Virus record (IMG/VR): IMGVR_UViG_3300045988_113120
Span: 24,222 to 88,221 of that record
From: a virus
Length of the DNA stretch: 64,000 nucleotides
Reading direction: 5' to 3' (one strand)
Part shown: positions 1 through 10,552 of the stretch, in pieces
How the letters are laid out: every line of letters begins with the position of its first letter
Numbering within the stretch: the first letter of the stretch is position 1
Made by a program: the position numbers and the translations under genes
Notes under the pieces: model-generated
What the model was told of the DNA's origin: nothing
Databases searched by the model: none
The model's input: only the letters and a program-made list of their open reading frames with translations

Positions 1-2133
1 GTTATCAAGCAATTTGTAATGTGTGTTGTCAATAATGCCAATTACAGTTTGAGCAGCCGATCCTTGAAGCTTATGCGTTGTTAATGCATATGCCAATTGA
101 AGTTGTCCTAACTGAGCAAAAGAATATTCAATCATCTTTTCTTCAATATTTGCATTCATAGATACCAAACATATTTCTTTTTCTTTATCAATTTCTGTAA
201 TATATCCAATATCGCCATTGAACACATCTCGCTCGTAATCATTTGAGGTCTGTAATACCTTATCTCCTAAATAGTATTTATGATCTTTGAATTCAACAAA
301 TGGTTTATTACTACTAGCAAATAATTCTTTCTGTACTGCTTTGTTCAATTCATCTGTACTGTTCGTACAATTACTTCTTCGTGGAGAAATAATCACAACA
401 TTGTCAATCCCTTCCTCTTTAACAGATTTGATATACTGCTTTACTGCCATATTAAACAATGACTCTCTATTCTTCCTGAACAAATAAAACATATCATTTA
501 GTTCACCATGAACAATTTTTAATTGTGGGCTATCCAATGGATTAATCCCTCTGCGAATCTTTCTTGCATCCGTTAAAATACCAGATTTTTCTGCTTGTCT
601 CATCGGTTTGGTAAGTTGCACACTATTTAAACCTTTCTTTTTTAACAGATCCGAGAAAATATTACCAAATCCAATTGGTGGCAACTGCATATAGTCACCA
701 CAAAAAATTAATCGTGTTCCTGGTCGAATTGCTAATAAAAAATTATAGAAAAGACTCGCATTTGTCATGCTACTTTCGTCCATAATTACTACATCAGCAG
801 GTAATGGGTTATCTTGGTTATAACAAAAACTATCAATACCTTCTGCTACAAGTAACCTATGAATAGTCCGTGAGTCTAAGCCTGTTGCTTCTTTAATTCT
901 TTGGGCTGCTTTTGCAGATAAAGCACACGCAACAATGCTATTATTTCTTTTTTGGTAGCATTTAATAATTGGTTTCAGAATTGTTGTTTTACCAGTTCCA
1001 GCTTCTCCAGAAATAAACACAACTTGGCAATTTAATGCTTTGTTAACTCCTGTAATTTGCTCTTCTGAAAACATAAACCCTTCTTCATCTTCAACTTCAG
1101 AAATCGTCTGACTAATCTCACTACCTGTTATTGGTTTATAATCTGTTATATTCCCAAATGAATATTTCTCCATATCTTTAATCAGTTCGTAAATATCCAT
1201 TTCAATTGTATAATACGATTTCAGACCAATTTTATCTCCAGATGTATATAAATAATTTGGTATTTTTTTATCTGATTCTTCATCAAGCCATTCGTCAAAT
1301 ATAGGTAGGCATTCAGACGCTGCATTACTAATATCGCTTCTTAAATTTTTGATATATACATATGTATGTCCATCATTATCACCAACTTGATGCAAGTCGT
1401 AAGAAATAAATGCATTTAACCGTTGATTTGAGCATCGCAATTCTGGTTTTAATTTGAGCGCAATATCATCAACTCGTTTAAACCCCATGCCCTTTACTCT
1501 AGTGAGTATATATGGATTTTGTTCAATCTGTTTTTTTAAAACACTTGGATTAGGTTCAGATTTCAACAATCTTTCAATCGTTGGTAATGTAACTCCATAT
1601 GGTTGTAACATTACAACAATATCAGAAATCACATAATTTTTAATAATTTTATCTCTAAGTTTCTTCCAAGTTTTATCTCCTAGTCCTTTGATTTCTGAAT
1701 GGTCAATCATCTCTAACTGACCATTCATTACATCTTCAACAACATTAGGATATTTCGCAATTAACTGATCTGCGATCGCTGCGTTCGTCTGTGTTTTTAA
1801 AAATACCTTTTGTGCTTCAAAAGTTTTAGGAACTTCAGCAACTATAGAAAGTGGTTTATATTGATATTCATTGTATTTCTTAGAATATGTCATATTGGCT
1901 TTAACCTTATATTTCGTTCCTAAATACAACTCCTGCATATTACCAACCAATTTGCCACATTTGTTCATTTTTTTATCGGATAAGTCATCAAAATCATTAT
2001 TATTATATGGTTTACATTCTGGTAAATCTTCTGCTGTACAGAATGTGTAAATCCCAAATAAAGATTCTTCATTATAATAAATCTGATATAATGGGACAAT
2101 CTCAAACTCATATTCTTTTGTACTATCCACCAC
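1..2133 (-). CDS. RecD/Dda-like superfamily-1 DNA helicase; N-terminal part only, C-terminus lies beyond position 1
   Basis: Minus-strand translation is continuous from about 2133 (GTG/TTG start just downstream of an AGGGGG RBS) to the window edge, more than 710 aa. It shows a Walker A (GEAGTGKTT), a Walker B-like MDESSM and the RecD-family motif LTKPMRQ. The layout is an N-terminal helix-hairpin-helix-like region followed by the ATPase core. Confidence 0.75.
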   Translation of the reverse strand, partial: MVDSTKEYEFEIVPLYQIYYNEESLFGIYTFCTAEDLPECKPYNNNDFDDLSDKKMNKCGKLVGNMQELYLGTKYKVKANMTYSKKYNEYQYKPLSIVAEVPKTFEAQKVFLKTQTNAAIADQLIAKYPNVVEDVMNGQLEMIDHSEIKGLGDKTWKKLRDKIIKNYVISDIVVMLQPYGVTLPTIERLLKSEPNPSVLKKQIEQNPYILTRVKGMGFKRVDDIALKLKPELRCSNQRLNAFISYDLHQVGDNDGHTYVYIKNLRSDISNAASECLPIFDEWLDEESDKKIPNYLYTSGDKIGLKSYYTIEMDIYELIKDMEKYSFGNITDYKPITGSEISQTISEVEDEEGFMFSEEQITGVNKALNCQVVFISGEAGTGKTTILKPIIKCYQKRNNSIVACALSAKAAQRIKEATGLDSRTIHRLLVAEGIDSFCYNQDNPLPADVVIMDESSMTNASLFYNFLLAIRPGTRLIFCGDYMQLPPIGFGNIFSDLLKKKGLNSVQLTKPMRQAEKSGILTDARKIRRGINPLDSPQLKIVHGELNDMFYLFRKNRESLFNMAVKQYIKSVKEEGIDNVVIISPRRSNCTNSTDELNKAVQKELFASSNKPFVEFKDHKYYLGDKVLQTSNDYERDVFNGDIGYITEIDKEKEICLVSMNANIEEKMIEYSFAQLGQLQLAYALTTHKLQGSAAQTVIGIIDNTHYKLLDN

Positions 2134-2134
2134 T

Positions 2135-5100
2135 TTAGGCGACAACCCCCTTCACTTTCTTAATATCTTCTAGCCATTGTTTATATGGTTTAATTTTCTT
2201 TGCGATAACCTTCTCGTCTGAATCTTTTCTGCATAACATCGCAATCTGATTTCCTTTGGCAATCATATCTTCATATTCTTTTAATTGCGAATGCCAGACG
2301 ATTGCCTCAGTCAATCCAAAACTAGAATATAAATTCACATACGCAAATGTCTTTTTATTTTTGTCTTTCTTTTTATCAACTTTAGCGATCACTGCAACCA
2401 CAGTGCAATCATCTCCATTTTCAACATCTTGAAATTGTTTTGACATATACTTGTATGCCTGATCAAATGGGTTATCGTTGATAAAGATTTGCAATGCTTC
2501 AAATTCCCAAAAATCTTCATTCTCAAGATATTTTTGATTCTGTGCGATAAATTTCTGAAATCGTTCTTTTTCCTTATCTTTGTACAATTCATACTTTTTA
2601 TCGTTATAAGCTTTCAATATTGCATCTTTGTCGTAATCATATTTCTTCTCACCTATACGGTAATCTTCAGCGTCAATATCCCATTTAATAAGTAATTGTT
2701 TGTAACTCGGTGCTTTTGCAACTGGCTTGAATGTTGTTGGCTGATACATAGATTTCAAATACTGAATTAAAGTTTTACGTTTATTCTTTGTTGGAATTGC
2801 ACCTGCTTTGATCAACTGAATAACCTGTGATTTACTTGGATTAATACGTTCGCAAAAGTTTTCAAATCCTATGAATTTACCATTTTTATCACGGTCTTCA
2901 AGAATTACCTTTGCAATTTTTTCTCCAATACCACTGATAGCCGATAATCCAAACAATATATACACATCGTCAATACTGAAATTCATCATTGATTTATTTA
3001 AGTTTGGTGGTAACACTTGAATCTTAAACGCCTTGGCATCAAGAATATATTTATTTACCATTCCTGCCTTATCTTTATTGCGATTCAATAATGCCTTAAA
3101 AAAACACAACGCATAATGTTTCTTTAAAAACGCTGTTTGTAAGCATAATACAGCGTATGAGTACGCATGACTTTTATTGAATAAGTATCCCCCTTTTTGA
3201 GATAACGTCTCGCTAATCTGTTTTGCAATTTCTTCGGGGTATCCATTCTCAATAATCTCGTAATAAAGTTTTTTAGATTCAGACTTCACAAGTTCAATAT
3301 TCTTTTTACCAATCGCTTTACGGAATAAGTCGGCTCCTCCATAACTTCGACCACCAAATTTACGAACAATATCAAGTAATTGCTCCTGATAAATCATACA
3401 TCCATACGTTTCCTTTAAGATTGGCTCCATATCTGGATGGATATATGTAATTTTCTCTGGGTGATGTTTGTACTCAATAAATTCTTCTAAGACATCCATT
3501 GCATCTGGTCTATACAGTGCTAATACAGCTGCCAACTCTTCCATGTTTGATACCTGTAACCTAACCAACAAATCCTTCATGCCAGCACTTTCAACTTGGA
3601 AAACACCATTCGTCATTGCACTACGCAATAATTCATATGATCCTTTATCCATTTCAAACTTTGGATTGTTAATATTTACATCAAACTCAGTTAACCCTGC
3701 GTCAATTTCAGCTTCTTTTACAGTGTTTAATGTGGCAACACCCAGAATATCAAATTTAATAATTCCAATTTCTTCAACGATACGTTTATCTACTTGAATA
3801 ACGTGCTCTCCGTCAGTTCCAAGCTTCATTGCCATATAATCGCTAATATCTGTATCTACAATTCCTACACCACCTGCATGAGAAGATACTGTTTTTACTC
3901 TGCCTGCAAGATGTGATGCAACATCAAAAAGTTCTTCATATCTTGGGTTCTCTGCTAAATCTCTGTTATTCCACAAAGATTCTTCAATTGTGTCATATAC
4001 GAATTTTTTACTTAATTTGTCCATCTCGTGATAATTGAACCCTAAGACCTTACCAACATCTTTGATCGCTACAATTGGAGTAATAAAACTGAAATTGATA
4101 ATCTGGCATACTCTGTTGTCGCCATACTTATCGATCAAATATTGGATAATCTCATCTCGTGTACCAACATCTGTATCTGTATCTGGCATTGAAATTCGCT
4201 CTGGATTCAAAAATCTTTCAAAAATTAGTCCATATTTGATAGGATCTAAGTCTGTAATTGTAATCGTGTAACACACTAAACTACCTGCACAACTACCTCG
4301 ACCAGCACCAATTGGAATACCATTTTCTCTTGCAAAATTGATAAAATCCCATACAATTAAGAAATACCCATCGAATCCCATTGAATGAATAATATCTAAT
4401 TCATAATCAATTCTTTCTTTTCTGAGTTTCTGTTCTTCTTCTGGTAATTTATCGAATCCTCGTTTTACCCACCCTGTATCAATCAGATACTTTAAATAAG
4501 AATAATTATCTTCAAACCCTTCTGGTAATGGAAAAGATGGTAACTGAGGTGCCTGAAATGGCATGTGGATTTCATCAATTAAATCTGCAATCCTATCAGT
4601 TTCTTCAAGTCCTTTAGTTACTGCGTCTTCTCCAATTTGACTATCCATAATTGCATGAATTTCATCATCAGATTGCAAATAACATCCTTCGTAAATTTCT
4701 GCTGCGGTTTCAGTATCGTGAGCAAGTTTTACATGCCAGTTCTGATAATATAAATCTTCTTTTCTAGCAGCGTGACTATCAGTTGTGATAATGTATGGTG
4801 TATTAGTGTCTACTGAAAGCTGTAAGATTTTCTGATTATATACCATTTGATCCTGATGTGAATGTGACTGCATTTCTAAATAAAAATGTGGAAAAATCTC
4901 TTTGTATTCACGAACATATTCAACACATTTCTGGTAATCTGGCTCTCTGGCAAGTTTAGATGCTAAACAAGCACTACTTACAATCAAATCCTTAGCATAT
5001 GGTTTCAATGCGTTCAGATCAATTCGTGGTTTGTAGTAAAATCCATGAAAATTTGAATCAGTTACCAATTGATTAATTGCTTTTCTACCATTCTCATTCT

Positions 5101-5368
5101 TTGCCAATGCAATTAAATGGAAATATTTGCTATCCTTATTCTGTTCTGTCATATCAAAGCATTCATAAAATTCAACTCCAAAAATCAATTTAACACTTGG
5201 ATATTTCTCATGAAGCTTATCATAATAGCACCAACTATACTCATTGCCATGTTCTGTGATAGCCAGGGCTTTTAGTCCTATCTCTTCTGCTCTTTGTAAG
5301 TTTTCTTCAGGTAATGCATATCCATCTAACAATGAATAATGCGAATGTGTATGTAATGAACTGCTCAC
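2135..5368 (-). CDS. dnaE: DNA polymerase III alpha subunit (DnaE-type)
   Basis: 1077 aa. It has the N-terminal PHP domain signature (HTHSHYSLLDGYALPEENL...LAITEHGN) and the DnaE catalytic core motif (GRGSCAGSLVCYTITITDLDPIKYGLIFERFLNPERISMPDTDTD). A fingers/OB region follows. Confidence 0.9.
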   Translation of the reverse strand: MSSSLHTHSHYSLLDGYALPEENLQRAEEIGLKALAITEHGNEYSWCYYDKLHEKYPSVKLIFGVEFYECFDMTEQNKDSKYFHLIALAKNENGRKAINQLVTDSNFHGFYYKPRIDLNALKPYAKDLIVSSACLASKLAREPDYQKCVEYVREYKEIFPHFYLEMQSHSHQDQMVYNQKILQLSVDTNTPYIITTDSHAARKEDLYYQNWHVKLAHDTETAAEIYEGCYLQSDDEIHAIMDSQIGEDAVTKGLEETDRIADLIDEIHMPFQAPQLPSFPLPEGFEDNYSYLKYLIDTGWVKRGFDKLPEEEQKLRKERIDYELDIIHSMGFDGYFLIVWDFINFARENGIPIGAGRGSCAGSLVCYTITITDLDPIKYGLIFERFLNPERISMPDTDTDVGTRDEIIQYLIDKYGDNRVCQIINFSFITPIVAIKDVGKVLGFNYHEMDKLSKKFVYDTIEESLWNNRDLAENPRYEELFDVASHLAGRVKTVSSHAGGVGIVDTDISDYMAMKLGTDGEHVIQVDKRIVEEIGIIKFDILGVATLNTVKEAEIDAGLTEFDVNINNPKFEMDKGSYELLRSAMTNGVFQVESAGMKDLLVRLQVSNMEELAAVLALYRPDAMDVLEEFIEYKHHPEKITYIHPDMEPILKETYGCMIYQEQLLDIVRKFGGRSYGGADLFRKAIGKKNIELVKSESKKLYYEIIENGYPEEIAKQISETLSQKGGYLFNKSHAYSYAVLCLQTAFLKKHYALCFFKALLNRNKDKAGMVNKYILDAKAFKIQVLPPNLNKSMMNFSIDDVYILFGLSAISGIGEKIAKVILEDRDKNGKFIGFENFCERINPSKSQVIQLIKAGAIPTKNKRKTLIQYLKSMYQPTTFKPVAKAPSYKQLLIKWDIDAEDYRIGEKKYDYDKDAILKAYNDKKYELYKDKEKERFQKFIAQNQKYLENEDFWEFEALQIFINDNPFDQAYKYMSKQFQDVENGDDCTVVAVIAKVDKKKDKNKKTFAYVNLYSSFGLTEAIVWHSQLKEYEDMIAKGNQIAMLCRKDSDEKVIAKKIKPYKQWLEDIKKVKGVVA

Positions 5369-5379
5369 TAACTTTCACC

Positions 5380-7128
5380 TCAATCCCAAATATCTTCGTC
5401 TAATTCTTCATCTGTTGTGATGCTCAGAACATTAATATCATCAACCGCAATTTGATATTGTCTAATTCCGTTAAAGATATTAGTCTGTGCAGTTCCTACT
5501 AATTCAAATGTAACTGTGCCTTCGTCAGAAAAATCGTTCATAATCCAATCATAAATCTTATTTTGTTCATCGCATCTAAACATCACGCATGGAATATCAT
5601 TAATCTTGAATTGCATTGTATCCATTTTCTTACCAACAACATTAATTTCTTCCTTATTTAATGTTATATTCTCGACAGCAATCATCGGATCATCAATGCC
5701 CTGCCCACGAATATCATCCAATTTAGACATTTCCTGTAGTAGTTCAAAATCTAATCTGCAAGCATCTACAATGAAATCAACTCTATAAGTTGCATCATAT
5801 TTAATATCTTTCAGCTTGTCGTTTAATTCTGTGATTGCTCCAGAGATATTATCTGTCGAACATCCAAATGCATTGGCGTGACCTTTTGCCCATAAAAATG
5901 AATTTGTTTCGGATATCACATCTTTCAAACTATCAATCGGGCTATGATCTACATTCCTTGCGCTACCACTCATTTCTACTAATCCTGTTTCTGGATTAAT
6001 ATGTTTTCGTAATAACAAACATGGTCTGTTCATATCTTCAGCAATCTTAATAGCAACCAATCCTGTCAAACTGCTATCTAATGTTTCTGTAACATCAAGA
6101 ATAGTAATCTTGCTATCTTTATCTTTTTCAGCCTCTTTCATAATGATTGGAACCATCTTTTTCTTTTGACGATCCTGTTTGCCTTTAGCATTTTTGCATA
6201 ATCGAGCAGCACGATCGTAAATATTCTCTTTGATTACTTCCGCAGGGTTGTTTTTTGTTGCTCTTTTCTTATAGTCAAATACCTCATAGTCTTCAATAAA
6301 TGCTCTAAAAACTAATTCTTTATCTTTCAAAGAACCAAATCGTACCATACCATTGATAATTGGAACGATATACCACTGAACATTATGAATATTAACAATA
6401 CTATGCATTGAATAATCTTGTGCATTGATCAGCGCTTTGAAGCATTCATTCTGAATATTCTGTATTCCTTTATTGACTAAACGACGTGTTTCAAAGGATC
6501 TCATATCCATCACATCACCAATATTGGCTAATGCACATAAATCTAAATAATCATCTGCATAATTAATCCATAATTCATCATCCATTGCCTGTAAAAATCT
6601 ATAAACAACGCCTGCCCCACATAAGTCTTTGTTCTTATAGCGTGGACTGCACTGGTTATTTACAATTACAACTTCCTCTGGCATTTTAATTTCAGATTCT
6701 TCTTTTTCATGGTGATCAAGAATTACAATCTGTACGCCACGATTTGTAAGTTCTGCACACTGTGTTACATCGTTGGTGCCTGCATCTGGGATTATTAAAA
6801 GTTTTACGTCTTCAGGTATAGTAATATCTTCACTTAATCCGTGAGCTTTTGCTTTTTTATGCAATAAGTAACAAATGTTACTCTTGCTGTCATAAAGTTC
6901 ATTATTAATACGATTTAAGTACATGTATGCCATTGAAGCTGAGCAAAATCCGTCTACGTCCTCGTCAATTAAAATACCGATTTTATGTCCATTTTCAAGT
7001 GCAAAAATCGTTGTATTTACTGCGTTTTTGATACCCTCTAAATCGGCATAATCTTGAATTACGCTATCATCGAGGTTCAAATACGTTTCATAATCATCAA
7101 TCCCTCTATTTCTTAAAATTTCTGGCAC
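5380..7128 (-). CDS. recJ: RecJ-like single-strand DNA exonuclease (DHH family)
   Basis: 582 aa with DHH-family motifs: DEDVDGFCS, IIPDAGTND and ILDHHE. RecJ-like length and its position among replication genes support the call. Confidence 0.65.
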   Translation of the reverse strand: MPEILRNRGIDDYETYLNLDDSVIQDYADLEGIKNAVNTTIFALENGHKIGILIDEDVDGFCSASMAYMYLNRINNELYDSKSNICYLLHKKAKAHGLSEDITIPEDVKLLIIPDAGTNDVTQCAELTNRGVQIVILDHHEKEESEIKMPEEVVIVNNQCSPRYKNKDLCGAGVVYRFLQAMDDELWINYADDYLDLCALANIGDVMDMRSFETRRLVNKGIQNIQNECFKALINAQDYSMHSIVNIHNVQWYIVPIINGMVRFGSLKDKELVFRAFIEDYEVFDYKKRATKNNPAEVIKENIYDRAARLCKNAKGKQDRQKKKMVPIIMKEAEKDKDSKITILDVTETLDSSLTGLVAIKIAEDMNRPCLLLRKHINPETGLVEMSGSARNVDHSPIDSLKDVISETNSFLWAKGHANAFGCSTDNISGAITELNDKLKDIKYDATYRVDFIVDACRLDFELLQEMSKLDDIRGQGIDDPMIAVENITLNKEEINVVGKKMDTMQFKINDIPCVMFRCDEQNKIYDWIMNDFSDEGTVTFELVGTAQTNIFNGIRQYQIAVDDINVLSITTDEELDEDIWD

Positions 7129-7195
7129 AACATTAGAGGTATCATTTGTGCCACCTTCATATAATTTGTATTTTATATGTATAACCTGCCTGTTC

Positions 7196-8224
7196 TTATT
7201 TAAGTGTATACAAATAGTTATTTAACAATAGTTCCCATTTTTTAGGGTCATCAGTAGGTGATTCTTTTTCATCAAGGATTCCTTCTTCTGAGTTATCCAT
7301 AATGTATGAAATCGGAACTCCATCAATAAAACGATCGCCAAACTTTTGAATCTCTTCTAATTCAACATCTTTGTCAAAAATAAATACTACTTCAACTCCG
7401 AGTCTTGTTAACATGTCAATTTGCTGTCTTGAAACTTGCTTGCCGCCAGTCGCCACAACATTTTGATATCCATATGACCATAGCTGCATGACAGCTTTTT
7501 CTGCTTCTGCAACATATACTCTCCCAGCCCTTTCTATATAAGGTAGAGTTTTATTCAATCCGTATAAGATTCTTTGTCTAGCGCATGGCTCAATATATAA
7601 ATATTTCAAATCATGTTTATCTAACTTTTTCTTGAACAATCGTCCTTTAACACCTACCAAATCACCAATTTCAGAAAAAATAGGTATTGTAATTCTGTTT
7701 GTATCTTCGTCATAGCCAATATTAAATTCCTTCTGCGTTAAATAACTAATATGATCATCGTAAAATAAATCGTTTACATAATCCTTATAATAAGAAAGAA
7801 TTCGTTTTGAAATTGGTTTGACGGGTTTATCTTCTTCGGTTTCTATATTTTCTTTCATATCATGAATCAATTGAGTGATCTGCAAACTTTCTGGCAGTTG
7901 CTCATTAAAATCATGATAATAATCTATGCCGATCAAATTGGCTAGATATTTTAAACCGTCTGGGAAAGACAGACTTTTTGTAAAGCATACCAAGTCAATT
8001 AAATCTGTCTGTCTTTCTTTTGCTGTCATTTTTCTTGTATAATTTGTGCAATTTAGGTTTTCGTTGTTATATGTAATAACTGCGGATTCATTATCCCCAT
8101 CTTTATTTGCACAGCTCCAATATCCAGACGAATGATATTTAATATGATGACAGCCTATATCTTTCAGAATATTTTCTACATAATTATTGTCGTATATATA
8201 TTCTTTTAGCTGTGCTACATCCAT
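7196..8224 (-). CDS. dnaG: DnaG-like DNA primase (zinc-binding N-terminus plus TOPRIM)
   Basis: 342 aa. The N-terminus is Cys/His-rich (CHHIKYHSSGYWSC) like a primase zinc-binding domain. A TOPRIM-like region (VYVAEAEKAVMQL...VVFIFDKD) follows. Confidence 0.6.
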   Translation of the reverse strand: MDVAQLKEYIYDNNYVENILKDIGCHHIKYHSSGYWSCANKDGDNESAVITYNNENLNCTNYTRKMTAKERQTDLIDLVCFTKSLSFPDGLKYLANLIGIDYYHDFNEQLPESLQITQLIHDMKENIETEEDKPVKPISKRILSYYKDYVNDLFYDDHISYLTQKEFNIGYDEDTNRITIPIFSEIGDLVGVKGRLFKKKLDKHDLKYLYIEPCARQRILYGLNKTLPYIERAGRVYVAEAEKAVMQLWSYGYQNVVATGGKQVSRQQIDMLTRLGVEVVFIFDKDVELEEIQKFGDRFIDGVPISYIMDNSEEGILDEKESPTDDPKKWELLLNNYLYTLK

Positions 8225-8227
8225 AAC

Positions 8228-9781
8228 CTACGCTCCGTTTTTCTCTCGTTTAATGACATATCCTATTTCGTCCCAAGTATTTAAATCCAAATTGATTTCA
8301 AAAATTGGAATAACATTCTTGTTACCACCTCGGTTTTTATCAACCTTAATACAGAAATATGTCTTGTCCTTTTTTAGATCGTGCGCCTGTGGTTCTCCCC
8401 AATCGCTAATTGATATATACTGATATTTGTAATATTCGTCAGGATGTAATCTTTTACCAAGCATTAAGATGTCAGCAACGTGCTTAATCTGTTTTGCATT
8501 GGCAATATTATTACTACTTAGCTGGAATATATCTGTATACACCGTATCATCAGTTAACTGGAATACAGAGAAACAAAACATATGAATTTCTTTCATAAGT
8601 TCTTTAATTTTTGTGGCTGTCTGTTTCACCGTTTGCCAATCATCAATACGATAACCTTTTAACGTGTCATAACCACAATATTTCACGTCATATAACATAC
8701 GATGTTTTCTAAATTCAAACTCTAATGCTGAGTCTGAGTAATCAGAGCCAACATCTTTGAAATATAATTTCCCTTGACGTTTCTGATCAACCCATTTTGC
8801 AACTTGCATAACTTTTTGAAACTCATCTGATGTAGTAGCCACTCTATGTTTGTATTCCTCTTCTGTTTCAATAAAGTCTCCATTTTCATTTGTTTTTCTT
8901 TCAACCACATTGCCATTGTTATCTCTGTAAATACCAAGAACTATTTCTTCTTCTGGCTTTTCAATATCAATCCCATGAAGCTCTTTGAAGCATTTGTTGT
9001 TGATTACTGTAACGACTAAGCAATTTCGCAAATCGTCTTCATCCATCTCATTACTGAGTAATAAAAATTTCTCGTCCATTGCCAATACTATATATGCAAT
9101 CAACAACATCATATTTCTTGATTTTCCTTCATTGCTTAAGAATCCATTAAAAATTACCTTTCCAAGGCGACATCCTCTGAACATCTTATTGAGAATCGCC
9201 CAAGGTAAAGGAATCCCTAAATCTGGTTTTGATAAAAATGATTCAACCTGTGATTCAACACCACTATTCAATAAGACAGAATCTTCGCCTGCGCTAATAA
9301 CAGTGTTAATTTTGTCTGCCTGAGATCGAATCACTCTATAAATATCTTTTGCTTCCCATTTTTCAAATAACCTATGGTTTAAAATTCGTTGAACAGGATA
9401 TCCATTTCTGTCATACTCTCTTACAAGAGAATATTTCTTAACGAGATTATAATATTTTTTAAAATCATCACAATCTGCAACCTGCATCCATGATGAAATC
9501 GTCTTCCACCCTTTGTATCTTTTGTATGTCCTAAGTCTTTCATCTGATTGACTCATGAACATATTTACCTTATCCTCCTCAATCGTCTGAGTAAATGTTT
9601 TATACATAATCTCAAACATATCATAGAAGAATTTACATGCCTCATCGCTGAAATCATACTGACTTCTCATATATCCACCATAAGAAACATATAAATCTGG
9701 CTGTTTATACAAAGCACCGATAAACATCATTTCACTCTGAATGTTAGTTACACTTTTACGTTCTACTGCTTCTTCTGTCAA
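8228..9781 (-). CDS. Putative replicative helicase/ATPase partner of the primase (DnaB-like, degenerate Walker A)
   Basis: 517 aa immediately upstream of, and coupled to, the primase gene. The motif GFLSNEGKS is Walker-A-like but not canonical. The function is inferred mainly from gene context. Confidence 0.35.
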   Translation of the reverse strand: MTEEAVERKSVTNIQSEMMFIGALYKQPDLYVSYGGYMRSQYDFSDEACKFFYDMFEIMYKTFTQTIEEDKVNMFMSQSDERLRTYKRYKGWKTISSWMQVADCDDFKKYYNLVKKYSLVREYDRNGYPVQRILNHRLFEKWEAKDIYRVIRSQADKINTVISAGEDSVLLNSGVESQVESFLSKPDLGIPLPWAILNKMFRGCRLGKVIFNGFLSNEGKSRNMMLLIAYIVLAMDEKFLLLSNEMDEDDLRNCLVVTVINNKCFKELHGIDIEKPEEEIVLGIYRDNNGNVVERKTNENGDFIETEEEYKHRVATTSDEFQKVMQVAKWVDQKRQGKLYFKDVGSDYSDSALEFEFRKHRMLYDVKYCGYDTLKGYRIDDWQTVKQTATKIKELMKEIHMFCFSVFQLTDDTVYTDIFQLSSNNIANAKQIKHVADILMLGKRLHPDEYYKYQYISISDWGEPQAHDLKKDKTYFCIKVDKNRGGNKNVIPIFEINLDLNTWDEIGYVIKREKNGA

Positions 9782-10473
9782 TCAAGTCCCTCACCAAAAA
9801 TATCACTTAAAATGTCGTCCATGTTATCGTCTTGTGTGGCTGTTACTACAGTTTTCTGAGTTGTGATATTATTTGTTTCAACAAAAGATTTTGCAAATTT
9901 TTCATTATTCTTTTTGTCTACTTCATTTAATTTCTGTTTCTCTTTCCATCGTAAATAACTATCATACTTTCCTACTAAAACTGCCAAATCATAATTAACC
10001 TGGTGCGTTGGATTATCTTCATCCATCGTTCCTTTTTGTATCAAAAATGTTCGATTTTTCTTAAGATATTTCATTTGACGCTTCCACATATCTAAAAGAT
10101 CACTTGGTGGAATTGGTTTCGCCAGACCACGATATGTACCTTTATAAATACTTTTCAATTTTGTAAAAACATATGCTGGTACAGAACCAATGTAGTTATA
10201 ATTATCAAGAATAAACCGATATACTTTGTCTTCTAACAATCTTGGTTCAAGTAACACTCGTGCTTTCTGATTATATTCATCAATCTTAGACAATGCAGAT
10301 AACCATTTGTCATGTTTAGTATTTTTGGATAATAATTTTGCTTCACACATTTTGCGGAAACATTCTTTGTGATAATAACTATTGTCATATTTAACAATCT
10401 CTTGCACTTTATCTAAATCAAGTTCAATTACTTCTTTACAATAAGCGCATTTTACTGTTAAAACATCTGCCAT
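9778..10473 (-). CDS. Hypothetical protein with N-terminal CxxC...HxxC zinc-finger-like motif
   Basis: 231 aa ORF whose start overlaps the upstream gene by 4 bp. Motif: CAYCKEV...YYHKEC. Confidence 0.5.
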   Translation of the reverse strand: MADVLTVKCAYCKEVIELDLDKVQEIVKYDNSYYHKECFRKMCEAKLLSKNTKHDKWLSALSKIDEYNQKARVLLEPRLLEDKVYRFILDNYNYIGSVPAYVFTKLKSIYKGTYRGLAKPIPPSDLLDMWKRQMKYLKKNRTFLIQKGTMDEDNPTHQVNYDLAVLVGKYDSYLRWKEKQKLNEVDKKNNEKFAKSFVETNNITTQKTVVTATQDDNMDDILSDIFGEGLD

Positions 10474-10552
10474 GCTACAGTTACTCCTCGTCCAATATCA
10501 AAGGATTAGGTAGCCAAAATGGCTACCACATAAACCCTTTTGTAATTTCACC

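Noticed and set aside
2389-4271. Plus-strand ORFs inside the dnaE gene (e.g. 2489..2695, 3468..3797, 4035..4271), and similar antisense ORFs throughout (33151..33642, 46533..47021, 31437..31766, 62412..62808)
   Set aside because: They lie entirely antisense within long, well-supported minus-strand genes. They are low-complexity and lack RBSs. They are typical AT-rich antisense artefacts.
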